A DNA stretch of 32,000 bases from an uncultured bacterium (GTDB lineage Bacteria; Margulisbacteria; WOR-1; CAVSGV01): NCBI GenBank assembly GCA_963699255.1, contig OY969425.1, forward strand, positions 1,290,001 through 1,322,000. The letters run 5' to 3'. Both the position numbers and the translations under genes were made by a program. Positions 1-7,731 of the stretch are shown here, in pieces (the stretch's first letter is position 1; each line of letters opens with the position of its first letter). The notes beneath the pieces are model-generated. The model saw only the letters and a program-made list of their open reading frames with translations. It was not told the DNA's origin and ran no database searches.

Positions 1-597
1 CTCCTGGGCGGAGGGTTTTTCCATCTTCTTGCGGAAGCGCTGGAGAAAATGACGCCCTTTCAAACTTTCACGATCACAATCATCGGCTTCCTGGTATTTT
101 TCGTCCTTGAAGAGTATCTTCACTGGCATCAGTGCGAAGAATGGGATATTCACCCATACAGCTACCTGATGATCATCGGCGATTCGGCGCACAATATCCT
201 TGACGGGCTGGTCATCGCCGGCACATTCATGGTGAGCGCTCCTCTTGGCATAATAACGACCGGACTTATAATAGCGCACGAGGTCCCGCAGGAGCTCGGG
301 GTCTTTTGCGTGCTTGTTTCGGGAGGTTTCAACAAGTCACAGGCGATATATTACAGCTTTCTTGCGCAGTGCACCTGTGTCTTGGGAGGCGTTCTTGGAT
401 TTTTCTTTATGAATAGGCTCACCGCTCTTTCTTCTCTTATCGTGCCTTTCGCCGCCGGCGGATTCATATACATCGCCGCGTCAGACCTGATCCCGGGAAT
501 GCATAAGACGGAGGGCATTGAAAAGATTTCCTCTTTTGCCTGGCTCTGTGTCGGCATAATTCTGATGGTCGTTACAAAAATATATTTGAAGGTGTAG
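1..597 (+). CDS. ZIP-family divalent metal transporter, C-terminal part (5' end outside window)
   Basis: Frame is open from base 1 (LLGGGFFHLLAEALEKM...) into the 49..597 ORF. Intramembrane motifs GDSAHNILDGLVIAG and IIAHEVPQELGVFCVLVSGG match the ZIP TM4/TM5 His-rich signatures. Confidence 0.85.
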   Translation, partial: LLGGGFFHLLAEALEKMTPFQTFTITIIGFLVFFVLEEYLHWHQCEEWDIHPYSYLMIIGDSAHNILDGLVIAGTFMVSAPLGIITTGLIIAHEVPQELGVFCVLVSGGFNKSQAIYYSFLAQCTCVLGGVLGFFFMNRLTALSSLIVPFAAGGFIYIAASDLIPGMHKTEGIEKISSFAWLCVGIILMVVTKIYLKV

Positions 598-679
598 ATA
601 CGAATTTGGAAGAAAGGAAAAAGGGGAATTTGGGATAGAACTTAACAATGAAATTTCTGGCCTCACCCAGCTTACATGA

Positions 680-706
680 GAACCTGCGACTGAAAGTCGC
701 GGTTCC
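680..706 (-). repeat. REP-like hairpin H1
   Basis: Minus strand GGAACCGCGACTTTCAGTCGCAGGTTC: 11 bp of stem with one bulged base; matches hairpin H4 at 6669-6693 in 24 of 25 bases. Confidence 0.85.
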
Positions 707-781
707 TGATATTGAATGTAGATGTAATTTCTCCCCAGTGATAATTGTATGGGCCCTGAGAGGAAAACTCTTCATTCCGGT

Positions 782-1165
782 TTAAATAAACCTCTTATCC
801 AAGCCATTTATTGATTGTTGCTTGATATATCTTGAAATAGCCAAGATGTTATTTTGCTCGATTTCTTCAGCATAGTAAGACCTCCCCCAAAGTTTTCTAT
901 ATTCATATCGATTTGTGTTGAAGCGTTCAAAGAATCGTTTCGAAGAAATCCCTTTTATTACTCTCATCACATAATCAATGCGATGGCTTCTTTCAAACTC
1001 TATCAACAGGTGGACATGATCTGATACAATATGACAACTAATAATACAAAATCCTTTAGATATCGATATTTCTTTGAAGGAATCATATAAGAATCTTACA
1101 GCAACTTTATCAATAAGCACCGGTTTGCTTTTATATGTTCTGAATACAAAATGATAAACAATCAT
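782..1165 (-). CDS. REP-associated tyrosine (HUH, Y1_Tnp / IS200-like) transposase
   Basis: N-terminus YHFVFRTYKSKPVL, HUH motif in HIVSDHVHLLIEF, candidate catalytic Tyr in SRYIKQQ. Start set at MIVYHF; the longer ORF start would read through the flanking hairpin. Confidence 0.88.
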   Translation of the reverse strand: MIVYHFVFRTYKSKPVLIDKVAVRFLYDSFKEISISKGFCIISCHIVSDHVHLLIEFERSHRIDYVMRVIKGISSKRFFERFNTNRYEYRKLWGRSYYAEEIEQNNILAISRYIKQQSINGLDKRFI

Positions 1166-1174
1166 TGTTTTGTT

Positions 1175-1202
1175 GGAACCGAGGCTTTTAGCCTCAGGTT
1201 CC
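1175..1202 (+). repeat. REP-like hairpin H2
   Basis: GGAACC GAGGC tttta GCCTC a GGTTCC: 11-bp perfect stem with a single bulged A. Confidence 0.85.
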
Positions 1203-1282
1203 ATGGTCTTTTCCTCTTTTCCATTTTCCTGCATTCCCTGCTCCCCGGACTTGTTGCCTAACTTTCCCATATTTCCTCTTCC

Positions 1283-2377
1283 CTACTCCATAATGTGCGG
1301 CGTGATCAGGAATATGACGTCCGTCTTTGTTTTTTCGGTGACTTTGCTCTGGAACAATCCACCCAGCAATGGAATTTCCGAGAATACCGGTATCCTGGAT
1401 ATATTTTCCCTGTCAGATTCGTTCAGCAATCCGCCTATCACAAGGGTCTCTCCGTCGCGGATCCGTACAGTAACAGATGCGTTCCTTGTTGCGATAACGG
1501 GGAATTCCCCTGCTGATGTCGTCCGCCATTCGGAGATATTGCTTACCTCCGGCTTTATGGTCGATACTATCGTCCCGTCGCTTGCCACTGTCGGAAGGAT
1601 CTTTAAATTGACCCCGGCATCGATATATTGTATAGCCCACTGCGTGGAAGTGGATGTTGTTCCGGCCGGAACGGCATAAGGGATGCGGCTGCCGATATTT
1701 ATCTCGGCTTCTTTTCCGTCAAGCGCCGTGATCTTCGGGTTGGCAAGTATACTTGCCTTTCCCGACGCGACCAGCGCGTTTACGGCGCCAAGGATATTAT
1801 CCGATTGCGAGATCCCTCCCGTGCTCTTGTCTATGGAAAACTTGAAGCTCCCCTGCTCATTTCCCCAGATAATACCGATGTCAGATAGTCCGCTTTGAGA
1901 CACTTCAACTACTTTTCCCTCGATAAAGATCTGCGGTATTTTTTTATCAAGGGACACTATGATCTTTTGCGCTTCATTTATATCATCCCGCTCCCCGCGA
2001 ATGATGATGGAATTTGAGTCGTCATTCTTGACGGCGATAATATTCGGGATCGCGCGTGATATGGTCTCCACCACTTTATCAGGTGAAATATTTTTGATGT
2101 TTATGACTTTGCACTCTGGTTTCGGCTCTTTTGCGCTTCCCCTAAGGCTATCATAGGAACTTATCATTTCCCTGGATGCTGGCTCGATCTCTTCGGCTTC
2201 CCCCGTAGGAATGCTTATCGATACTCCACCGGACCTTTCTGCCGACGGTGAACACGAGGATAAGAAGACCAATGTAATTAGAATAAGGAAGCCTGCGACT
2301 AAATCCCGACATAAAGTCTGGACAAGCTGTCGCGGCTTCCAATTTACAATAGCCCTTTTATTAAGATTTTCGTTCAT
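1283..2377 (-). CDS. Short secretin-family (GspD/PilQ-like) outer membrane protein, predicted lipoprotein
   Basis: N-domain followed by secretin core: IFIEGKVVEVSQSGLSDIGIIWG, GKASILANPKITALDGKEAEINIGSRIPY, ETLVIGGLL, C-terminal TDVIFLITPHIM. N-terminal hydrophobic stretch with lipobox-like VFLSSC. Confidence 0.85.
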   Translation of the reverse strand: MNENLNKRAIVNWKPRQLVQTLCRDLVAGFLILITLVFLSSCSPSAERSGGVSISIPTGEAEEIEPASREMISSYDSLRGSAKEPKPECKVINIKNISPDKVVETISRAIPNIIAVKNDDSNSIIIRGERDDINEAQKIIVSLDKKIPQIFIEGKVVEVSQSGLSDIGIIWGNEQGSFKFSIDKSTGGISQSDNILGAVNALVASGKASILANPKITALDGKEAEINIGSRIPYAVPAGTTSTSTQWAIQYIDAGVNLKILPTVASDGTIVSTIKPEVSNISEWRTTSAGEFPVIATRNASVTVRIRDGETLVIGGLLNESDRENISRIPVFSEIPLLGGLFQSKVTEKTKTDVIFLITPHIME

Positions 2378-2384
2378 TGTTTTT

Positions 2385-2425
2385 ATTTAGGAAACCGCAA
2401 CGATACTGTCGCAGGTTTCCTAAAT
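2385..2425 (+). repeat. REP-like hairpin H3 (solitary)
   Basis: ATTTAGGAAACC (2385-2396) pairs perfectly with GGTTTCCTAAAT (2414-2425). Interior GCAACGATACTGTCGCA retains the CCG...CAGG signature of H1/H2. Confidence 0.8.
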
Positions 2426-2524
2426 GCCTTTGTAGCAATTCTCATGCCATACAATAGCTGGTCAAATAAACAGGGGTATTGTTGAAAGAATCTACAATTG
2501 ATGCTGATTCAGACTACAGAATGA

Positions 2525-4126
2525 TCACTTCTGGTTGGAAAGAAGGACCATGTCCCCGGCTTCATAAACAAGAAAAAGGGAGCCCCCACTGTCATGCCCA
2601 AGGCTCATAAAGTCTTTCGTATTGGTGATCAACAATAACTTTTCCGGACGTTTAAGCTGATCCCTCAGGTCAAAGATATTGCCGATCCATATGACAGGCT
2701 TATCCAGATAGTACATGAAACTTCCTTTATTCAAAACTTTATATCCAACAATGGTTTCGTTGCTCGTGTATTGAGAGTTGATCTTTTGGGATATGGCCTT
2801 CATGGGCTTGAAATAATCAAGGGTTATCATTGTGTAACTTGCCGTATATATCGAAAAAATGAGCATGGTAATCACCAGGACAGCGAGAGGGGCGGCGGAA
2901 TCGCGCTTTTTAAAGAACCAGAGGGAAGATGCAATGCCGCCTATCCCTATAATGAACAGCATCACATTGATATTTGCCAGGATCCTGTCGAACGTGTCCG
3001 GGAATTCAAACACCTTAAGCAGCGCCCCGATCACAAGAAGTCCTATTGAAAATACGGCGAGGGTCTTATAGGCTCTGGAGATCAATGTCGGAAGTCCCGA
3101 GTCTTCGCCTGAAAAATGGTCCTGGACCATTTTTGCGACCGAGATCGCCGCGATAGGATAAAAGGGCATCAGGTATCCCGGCAGTTTCGTGCCCGCGATG
3201 GAAAAGAAGATGAGCACGATCCCCATCCATAACATCGAGAACAGGTTGTTGCCGTCCCCTCTTTTTTCCCACTGGTGAGCTAATGAATAAGGCAGGAAAG
3301 AGATCCACGGGATAAAACCTATGATCATGACCGGCACATAAAAATACCACGGCCCGTAGTGCTGTTCTATGGTGGTAAGATATCTTCCTATCAGGTAAAA
3401 GCCGAAAACGCTGTCAACGAATGTCTTTCCGTGGATCATCACCTCCGCCGTATACCAGGTTCCGCCGATAAGGTAAGTGATGAGCGCCCCCAAAAGGATC
3501 CTGAAGTTGAATAAAGCTCTCAGTCTACCCGTGATAGAAAGGTAAGGTATTATCACAAGAAGCGGCAACAGCACGCCTACGGGGCCCTTCATGAACACGG
3601 CGAGCCCCATCGATAGAAAGAAAAGATAATAATACCTGGGAAGCCTGTCTTCCATCCAGTAAAATAAGAACAGCAAAGCCAGCATCTCAAAGAACACGAG
3701 CGGTATGTCAAATATCGCCATCCGCGCCTGCAGAATATACTGAAGACTTGTTGCAATGATGAAACCCGCGAGTATGCCTGTCCCGTCCTTGTACATCTTC
3801 TTCCCCAGCAGGTATGTCACATAAACAAGGCCGACGGCAAATAGCGCGCTCCAGAGCCTTGTGTTGAATTCGTTGACACCAAAAATATATGAGCTTAAAG
3901 CTGTAAGCCACATATAGAAAGGCGGATGAATGAACCAGTTATGCCCGAAGAGGTGAAGCGTCAGCCAGTCCCCGCTGCGCACGATCTCCCTGGCTGCCTG
4001 GGAGTAAATGACCTCGTCCGTTTCAAAGAGGGAAGGCGCTCCAAGCTTGTAAAAGAAAAGGACAAATGAAATGACCATCAAGATCGGAAGCAGCACTTTT
4101 TCTTTTTTAAAGATGTTCAAGTCCAT
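2525..4126 (-). CDS. ArnT/PMT-like polyprenyl-phosphate-dependent glycosyltransferase, multi-pass membrane
   Basis: N-terminal FETDEVIYSQAAREIVRSGDWLTLHLFGHNWFIHPPFYMWLTALSSYIFG is a typical PMT/GT-83 catalytic loop; many TM helices follow. Confidence 0.85.
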   Translation of the reverse strand: MDLNIFKKEKVLLPILMVISFVLFFYKLGAPSLFETDEVIYSQAAREIVRSGDWLTLHLFGHNWFIHPPFYMWLTALSSYIFGVNEFNTRLWSALFAVGLVYVTYLLGKKMYKDGTGILAGFIIATSLQYILQARMAIFDIPLVFFEMLALLFLFYWMEDRLPRYYYLFFLSMGLAVFMKGPVGVLLPLLVIIPYLSITGRLRALFNFRILLGALITYLIGGTWYTAEVMIHGKTFVDSVFGFYLIGRYLTTIEQHYGPWYFYVPVMIIGFIPWISFLPYSLAHQWEKRGDGNNLFSMLWMGIVLIFFSIAGTKLPGYLMPFYPIAAISVAKMVQDHFSGEDSGLPTLISRAYKTLAVFSIGLLVIGALLKVFEFPDTFDRILANINVMLFIIGIGGIASSLWFFKKRDSAAPLAVLVITMLIFSIYTASYTMITLDYFKPMKAISQKINSQYTSNETIVGYKVLNKGSFMYYLDKPVIWIGNIFDLRDQLKRPEKLLLITNTKDFMSLGHDSGGSLFLVYEAGDMVLLSNQK

Positions 4127-4136
4127 TTCACGATCA

Positions 4137-4164
4137 ATTCTATCTTAAATACGCGATTTGTAAA
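4137..4164 (-). promoter_or_regulatory. Sigma70-like promoter for glycosyltransferase gene, near-leaderless
   Basis: Minus strand TTTACA (4164-4159), 16-bp spacer, TAGAAT (4142-4137), then 10 nt to ATG (4126). Confidence 0.5.
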
Positions 4165-4172
4165 TAATGTTA

Positions 4173-4508
4173 TCAGGATAGTTCGTCTTTCAGCCGCCTG
4201 ATGATCCGCTGTCCGAAAAATGAAAGATCCGCTCTTTTCCCCAGCCTGTCAGCGATCCCCCTCAGAACGGATTTTGAGATGGCTGATCTTTCGGCTCTCC
4301 ATCTATCCACATCCTCGCCGAAATGTTCATCGGCCGCAAGCTCCATTTCATCGGCATTCTTCAGTTTTTCATCTCTTTCGATCGCCGGGATAAGCTGCCT
4401 TAAGACCGTATTCTTGAATTCTTTTGCCCAGCCGAGTTCACTAAGGTATTTATTGACTATCCTTTGAGCTTCCTTGCCGGGATCTATTTCAGGTGTTTCT
4501 TCCGACAT
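4173..4508 (-). CDS. Conserved-looking small hypothetical protein (about 111 aa, helical, charged)
   Basis: Uninterrupted ORF tightly adjacent to pyrC (2-bp gap): MSEETPEIDPGKEAQRIVNKYLSELGWAKEF.... Family not recognised. Confidence 0.65.
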   Translation of the reverse strand: MSEETPEIDPGKEAQRIVNKYLSELGWAKEFKNTVLRQLIPAIERDEKLKNADEMELAADEHFGEDVDRWRAERSAISKSVLRGIADRLGKRADLSFFGQRIIRRLKDELS

Positions 4509-4510
4509 TG

Positions 4511-5863
4511 CTATTTATTGATGTCGATGAATTTGGGAAGAGAGGGTCTGGGCATGCCCGCGCCAAGGATCTTTCCGTCCCTCATTACAAGCCTGCCTGA
4601 CACGATGGTAGCGGCTGCGGCTCCCTTCAGCTTCCATCCGTTATAAGGGGAGTTCCTGCTCTTTGAAAGGAACAATCCGCTGTCAACGATAACGGGTTTG
4701 TTCAGGTCGATGATCGTCGCGTTCCCCGGATATCCTACCTTGAAAGTCCCCGTCCTGCGGGAGAGCACCTTTGCAGGGTTGCATGTGAGTTTTTCGATTA
4801 CCTTGCTCAGCGTCAACACGCCTGAATCAACAAGTTCGGTAAGCGCCAGCGGCAGCGCGGTCTCCAGCCCAACAATGCCAAAAGCAGCATAATTGAATTC
4901 CACTTTCTTTTCTTCCATAAGGTGCGGAGCGTGATCGGTGGCGATCACGTCTATTGTGCCGTCCTTGAGCCCTTTTACTATGGCCTTTACGTCCTCTTCC
5001 GTCCTTAGCGGCGGGTTCATTTTCGCGTTTGTGTTGTAGCCTTCCACTTCGCCTTCCGTTAAAGTGAAATAATGCGGCGCGGTCTCGCACGTAACATTTA
5101 TCCCTTTATCCTTTGCCCTTCTTATTATCTCGACCGAACCCGCGGTGGAAACATGGGCTATGTGGACCTTTGAATTGAATTCCTGCGCGAGGGCGCAGTC
5201 CCTCTCGACCATCGATTCCTCGGCGGCTTTCGGTATCCCCTTAAGCCCCAGCACTGTCGACATGTACCCTTCGTTCATGACGCCGCCCGCGGACAGGTTC
5301 GAGTCCTCGCAGTGGGATATAATGACCGCGTCGAACTGTTTTGCGTATTCAAGCGCCCTTCTCATCACCTCCGCGTTCATTATGGGGTGTCCGTCATCCG
5401 AGAAAGCCACTGCTCCCGCGTCAAGAAGAAGCCCCATCTCCGCCATTTCCTCGCCTTTCAATCCTTTCGTCACGGCGGCGACAGGCATAACGCCAACAAA
5501 TCCTTCGCTCGTAGCTCTTGAAATGATATATTCAATTACGGAGGGGGTATCCGCCACGGGATTCGTATTCGCCATGCACGCGACCGCAGTAAAGCCTCCT
5601 GCCGCAGCAGCCATGGTCCCGGAAGCGATGGTTTCTTCCTCCTGCAGCCCCGGATCCCTCAGATGGCAGTGCATGTCGATGAGCCCCGGAGTAACGATCA
5701 ATCCTTTTGCGTTGAATACTTCACAGTCCCTGGATACGGTTTTTGAGAGGTTGCTTGATACGGCGGATATTTTTCCGTCAATTATCAGGATATCGATCTC
5801 GCGGTCCATCCCCTGCCCGGGGTCTATGACCCTGCCCTCTTTTATTAAGATTGACCCTGTCAT
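4511..5863 (-). CDS. pyrC: Dihydroorotase, class I
   Basis: LIDMHCHLRDPGLQEEETIASGTMAAAAGGFTAVACMANTNPVADT, IISHCEDSNLS, VTCETAPHYF, VIATDHAPH. Confidence 0.95.
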   Translation of the reverse strand: MTGSILIKEGRVIDPGQGMDREIDILIIDGKISAVSSNLSKTVSRDCEVFNAKGLIVTPGLIDMHCHLRDPGLQEEETIASGTMAAAAGGFTAVACMANTNPVADTPSVIEYIISRATSEGFVGVMPVAAVTKGLKGEEMAEMGLLLDAGAVAFSDDGHPIMNAEVMRRALEYAKQFDAVIISHCEDSNLSAGGVMNEGYMSTVLGLKGIPKAAEESMVERDCALAQEFNSKVHIAHVSTAGSVEIIRRAKDKGINVTCETAPHYFTLTEGEVEGYNTNAKMNPPLRTEEDVKAIVKGLKDGTIDVIATDHAPHLMEEKKVEFNYAAFGIVGLETALPLALTELVDSGVLTLSKVIEKLTCNPAKVLSRRTGTFKVGYPGNATIIDLNKPVIVDSGLFLSKSRNSPYNGWKLKGAAAATIVSGRLVMRDGKILGAGMPRPSLPKFIDINK

Positions 5864-6624
5864 TTCTGCCTGACTATCCGCTTTTTAATTAAAGAAATAA
5901 AGCCTCTGACCTTGTTCTGCGGTTTCGTAAGCCGTGACAGCGCGACCTTCGCGGCCGCCTGCTCGGCTTCTTTTTTGTTCGCGCCCCTCCCGATCCCGTA
6001 TCTTATCCCCTTTATCTTTACCTCCATCCAGAAGATCTTTTTGTGCTTCAGCCCCTCTTCTTTGATAACGCTATAGTAAGGCAGGCCCCATTTTTTCTTC
6101 TGGACGAATTCCTGCAGCGCGGATTTAAAATCCTTAATGTATCCGACCTCGCTGATCTTATCCATTTCGGGGATCAAGAGCTCGAGCAGCGCATCCCTTG
6201 CTTTTCCCAGTCCGGCGTCAAGGTGTATGGCACCGATCAGCGCTTCAAGGGCATTCGCAAGGTTGGACTTCCTGTCCATTCCTCCCGTACGCCTTTCGTT
6301 GGAACCAAGCAGTATATATTGCCCGAGCCCTATTCTTTTTGCGGCCACAGCCAGTATTTCATCCGATATTGCTACCGCCCTTATTTTGGTCAGATCTCCT
6401 TCCTGGTATGCAGGGAACTTGTTGTAAAGGTATTCGCTGGTCACGAGCTTTATGACCGCATCACCCAGGAACTCCATCCTTTCATTGTCAGGCAATTTGT
6501 TCCTGGACTCGTGCGCGTAAGAAGAATGTGTAAGAGATTGGTTTAAAAGCGATTTATTTAAGAATGTTATTCCAATTTTGCTTTCCAGTTCCTGAAGCTG
6601 CTTGTCTCTTCGTGGAGTGAGCAT
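5860..6624 (-). CDS. rnc: Ribonuclease III
   Basis: NERMEFLGDAVIKLV signature, EALIGAIHLD, C-terminal dsRBD (GIGRGANKKEAEQAAAKVAL). Start placed at MLTPRRDK; overlaps pyrC by 4 bp. Confidence 0.95.
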   Translation of the reverse strand: MLTPRRDKQLQELESKIGITFLNKSLLNQSLTHSSYAHESRNKLPDNERMEFLGDAVIKLVTSEYLYNKFPAYQEGDLTKIRAVAISDEILAVAAKRIGLGQYILLGSNERRTGGMDRKSNLANALEALIGAIHLDAGLGKARDALLELLIPEMDKISEVGYIKDFKSALQEFVQKKKWGLPYYSVIKEEGLKHKKIFWMEVKIKGIRYGIGRGANKKEAEQAAAKVALSRLTKPQNKVRGFISLIKKRIVRQK

Positions 6625-6634
6625 TTGACAATGT

Positions 6635-6663
6635 ATTGTACAATGATTACAATTGATTATCAA
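6635..6663 (-). promoter_or_regulatory. Sigma70-like promoter for rnc, near-leaderless
   Basis: Minus strand TTGATA (6663-6658), 17-bp spacer, TACAAT (6640-6635), 10 nt to ATG at 6624. Also contains the palindrome ATTGTACAAT (6635-6644). Confidence 0.6.
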
Positions 6664-6665
6664 CT

Positions 6666-6782
6666 GGCACCTGCGACTGAACGTCGCGGTTCCGTTTTAG
6701 TTCAAGCAAGTAAATAAATGGGTAAGGCCCATTAGGTTCGTAAGGATTACTAAGTGGAGCCGAGGCGTTTAGCCTCAGGCTC
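6666..6782. mobile_element. Transposase-less mini-element (REPIN/MITE-like) with two inverted REP hairpins
   Basis: Left hairpin (H4) ACCTGCGACTGAACGTCGCGGTTCC differs from the RAYT element's left hairpin by 1 base in 25. Right hairpin (H5) GGAGCCGAGGCGTTTAGCCTCAGGCTC matches its right hairpin with compensatory A:T to G:C changes. Interior is 62 bp with no ORF. Confidence 0.8.
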
Positions 6783-6800
6783 ATTAAAAGGAATTAAAAA

Positions 6801-7724
6801 ATGGGAATATTATCCCCGATAATGAGTTTCATAGTCGACAGGGAGCCCAGCTATCCATCCCCGTCAGAGAAGATAAAGCTGAACAAGGTGATAGGCCGCT
6901 ACAGGCTCCTTTTGAAAACGATCGCATGGAGATATGACGTCGGCGAAATAAAGTTCGGCCTCGCGGACCTGCTTGTAGGGCGTAACGATCCGGGCGATTA
7001 CAAAGAAGCACTGAAGCTATATGATGAGATACTGAAGGCTATTGCTTCTCCGTATCTCAGGGCAAGGGCGCTTGCCGGAAAAGCGGAACTGATGATCAGG
7101 AGCGAAGATCTGAAGGATATCCAGGAAGCCGTGGCTCTTGCCGGGACCGCATCCAAGATAATAACGAAAGAGATAGGCCCTAATGATTTCTTCTGCCAAA
7201 AAGCCCAGGTGGTGGAGGCGGAACTCTTACAGACAAGGCTCGGCACTCCGTCGGACCTGAAGCTGGCGACCAGGCTGTTCGATAAGATCATAAAGAACGA
7301 TAAATCGAACGCTTATTTTAAAGCAAGGGCTATGGTAGGCATCTCCGAGCTCAAAACGTATTCCGCGCCGGTAAAGGAGCTCAAGAAATATGCTGAATAC
7401 TGCCACAGCGCACAGGTGCTTCTCGCCGAGAGGCCCAGCGATTATTTCATGGTAAAAGCAAGGGTGGTCGAGGCCGAAATACTCACAAGGATCGACCCTA
7501 AGAAGAATGTTAACAAGATAATCGCGCTCTGCAACCAGGTGATCCTGGCGAAAACAGCCGATATGCATCTGATGCTGAGGGCTAAACTCGTCAAAGCGGA
7601 CGTCTCAAAGCGCGAGAACGCGCTCAAACTGATCAAAGAGGTCAGGACTTCAAAAGATCTGCCAGGTTACCTTTCCGAAAAAGCGGATATCGTGGAAAAA
7701 GCGATAAACAGCCGCTTTAAGTAG
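6801..7724 (+). CDS. Hypothetical alpha-solenoid (TPR-like) repeat protein
   Basis: Recurring motif about every 45-60 aa: SPYLRARALAGKAELMIR / NDFFCQKAQVVEAELLQT / NAYFKARAMVGISELKT / SDYFMVKARVVEAEILTR / DMHLMLRAKLVKADV. Confidence 0.7.
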   Translation: MGILSPIMSFIVDREPSYPSPSEKIKLNKVIGRYRLLLKTIAWRYDVGEIKFGLADLLVGRNDPGDYKEALKLYDEILKAIASPYLRARALAGKAELMIRSEDLKDIQEAVALAGTASKIITKEIGPNDFFCQKAQVVEAELLQTRLGTPSDLKLATRLFDKIIKNDKSNAYFKARAMVGISELKTYSAPVKELKKYAEYCHSAQVLLAERPSDYFMVKARVVEAEILTRIDPKKNVNKIIALCNQVILAKTADMHLMLRAKLVKADVSKRENALKLIKEVRTSKDLPGYLSEKADIVEKAINSRFK

Positions 7725-7731
7725 AGCTCAA

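Larger units (their letters stand above)
678..1202 (-). mobile_element. RAYT/IS200-like element bounded by two inverted REP-like hairpins
   Basis: Hairpin at 680-705 (GAACCtGCGACTgaaAGTCGCGGTTC) and inverted hairpin at 1175-1202 (GGAACCGAGGCttttaGCCTCaGGTTCC) bracket a Y1/HUH transposase ORF. Exact element ends are not proven. Confidence 0.75.

Noticed and set aside
1166-1270. N-terminal extension of the transposase (MGKLGNKSGEQGMQENGKEE...)
   Set aside because: It is a translation of hairpin H2 and a purine-rich tract; Y1_Tnp homology begins at MIVYHF.
5145-5873. 242-aa plus-strand ORF opposite pyrC
   Set aside because: Shadow ORF on the complementary strand of a strongly recognised dihydroorotase.
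6694-6755. Possible small RNA encoded between the two hairpins of the mini-element
   Set aside because: Only a short ATGGG/CCCAT palindrome inside; no promoter or terminator identified, so not claimed beyond a mobile element interior.
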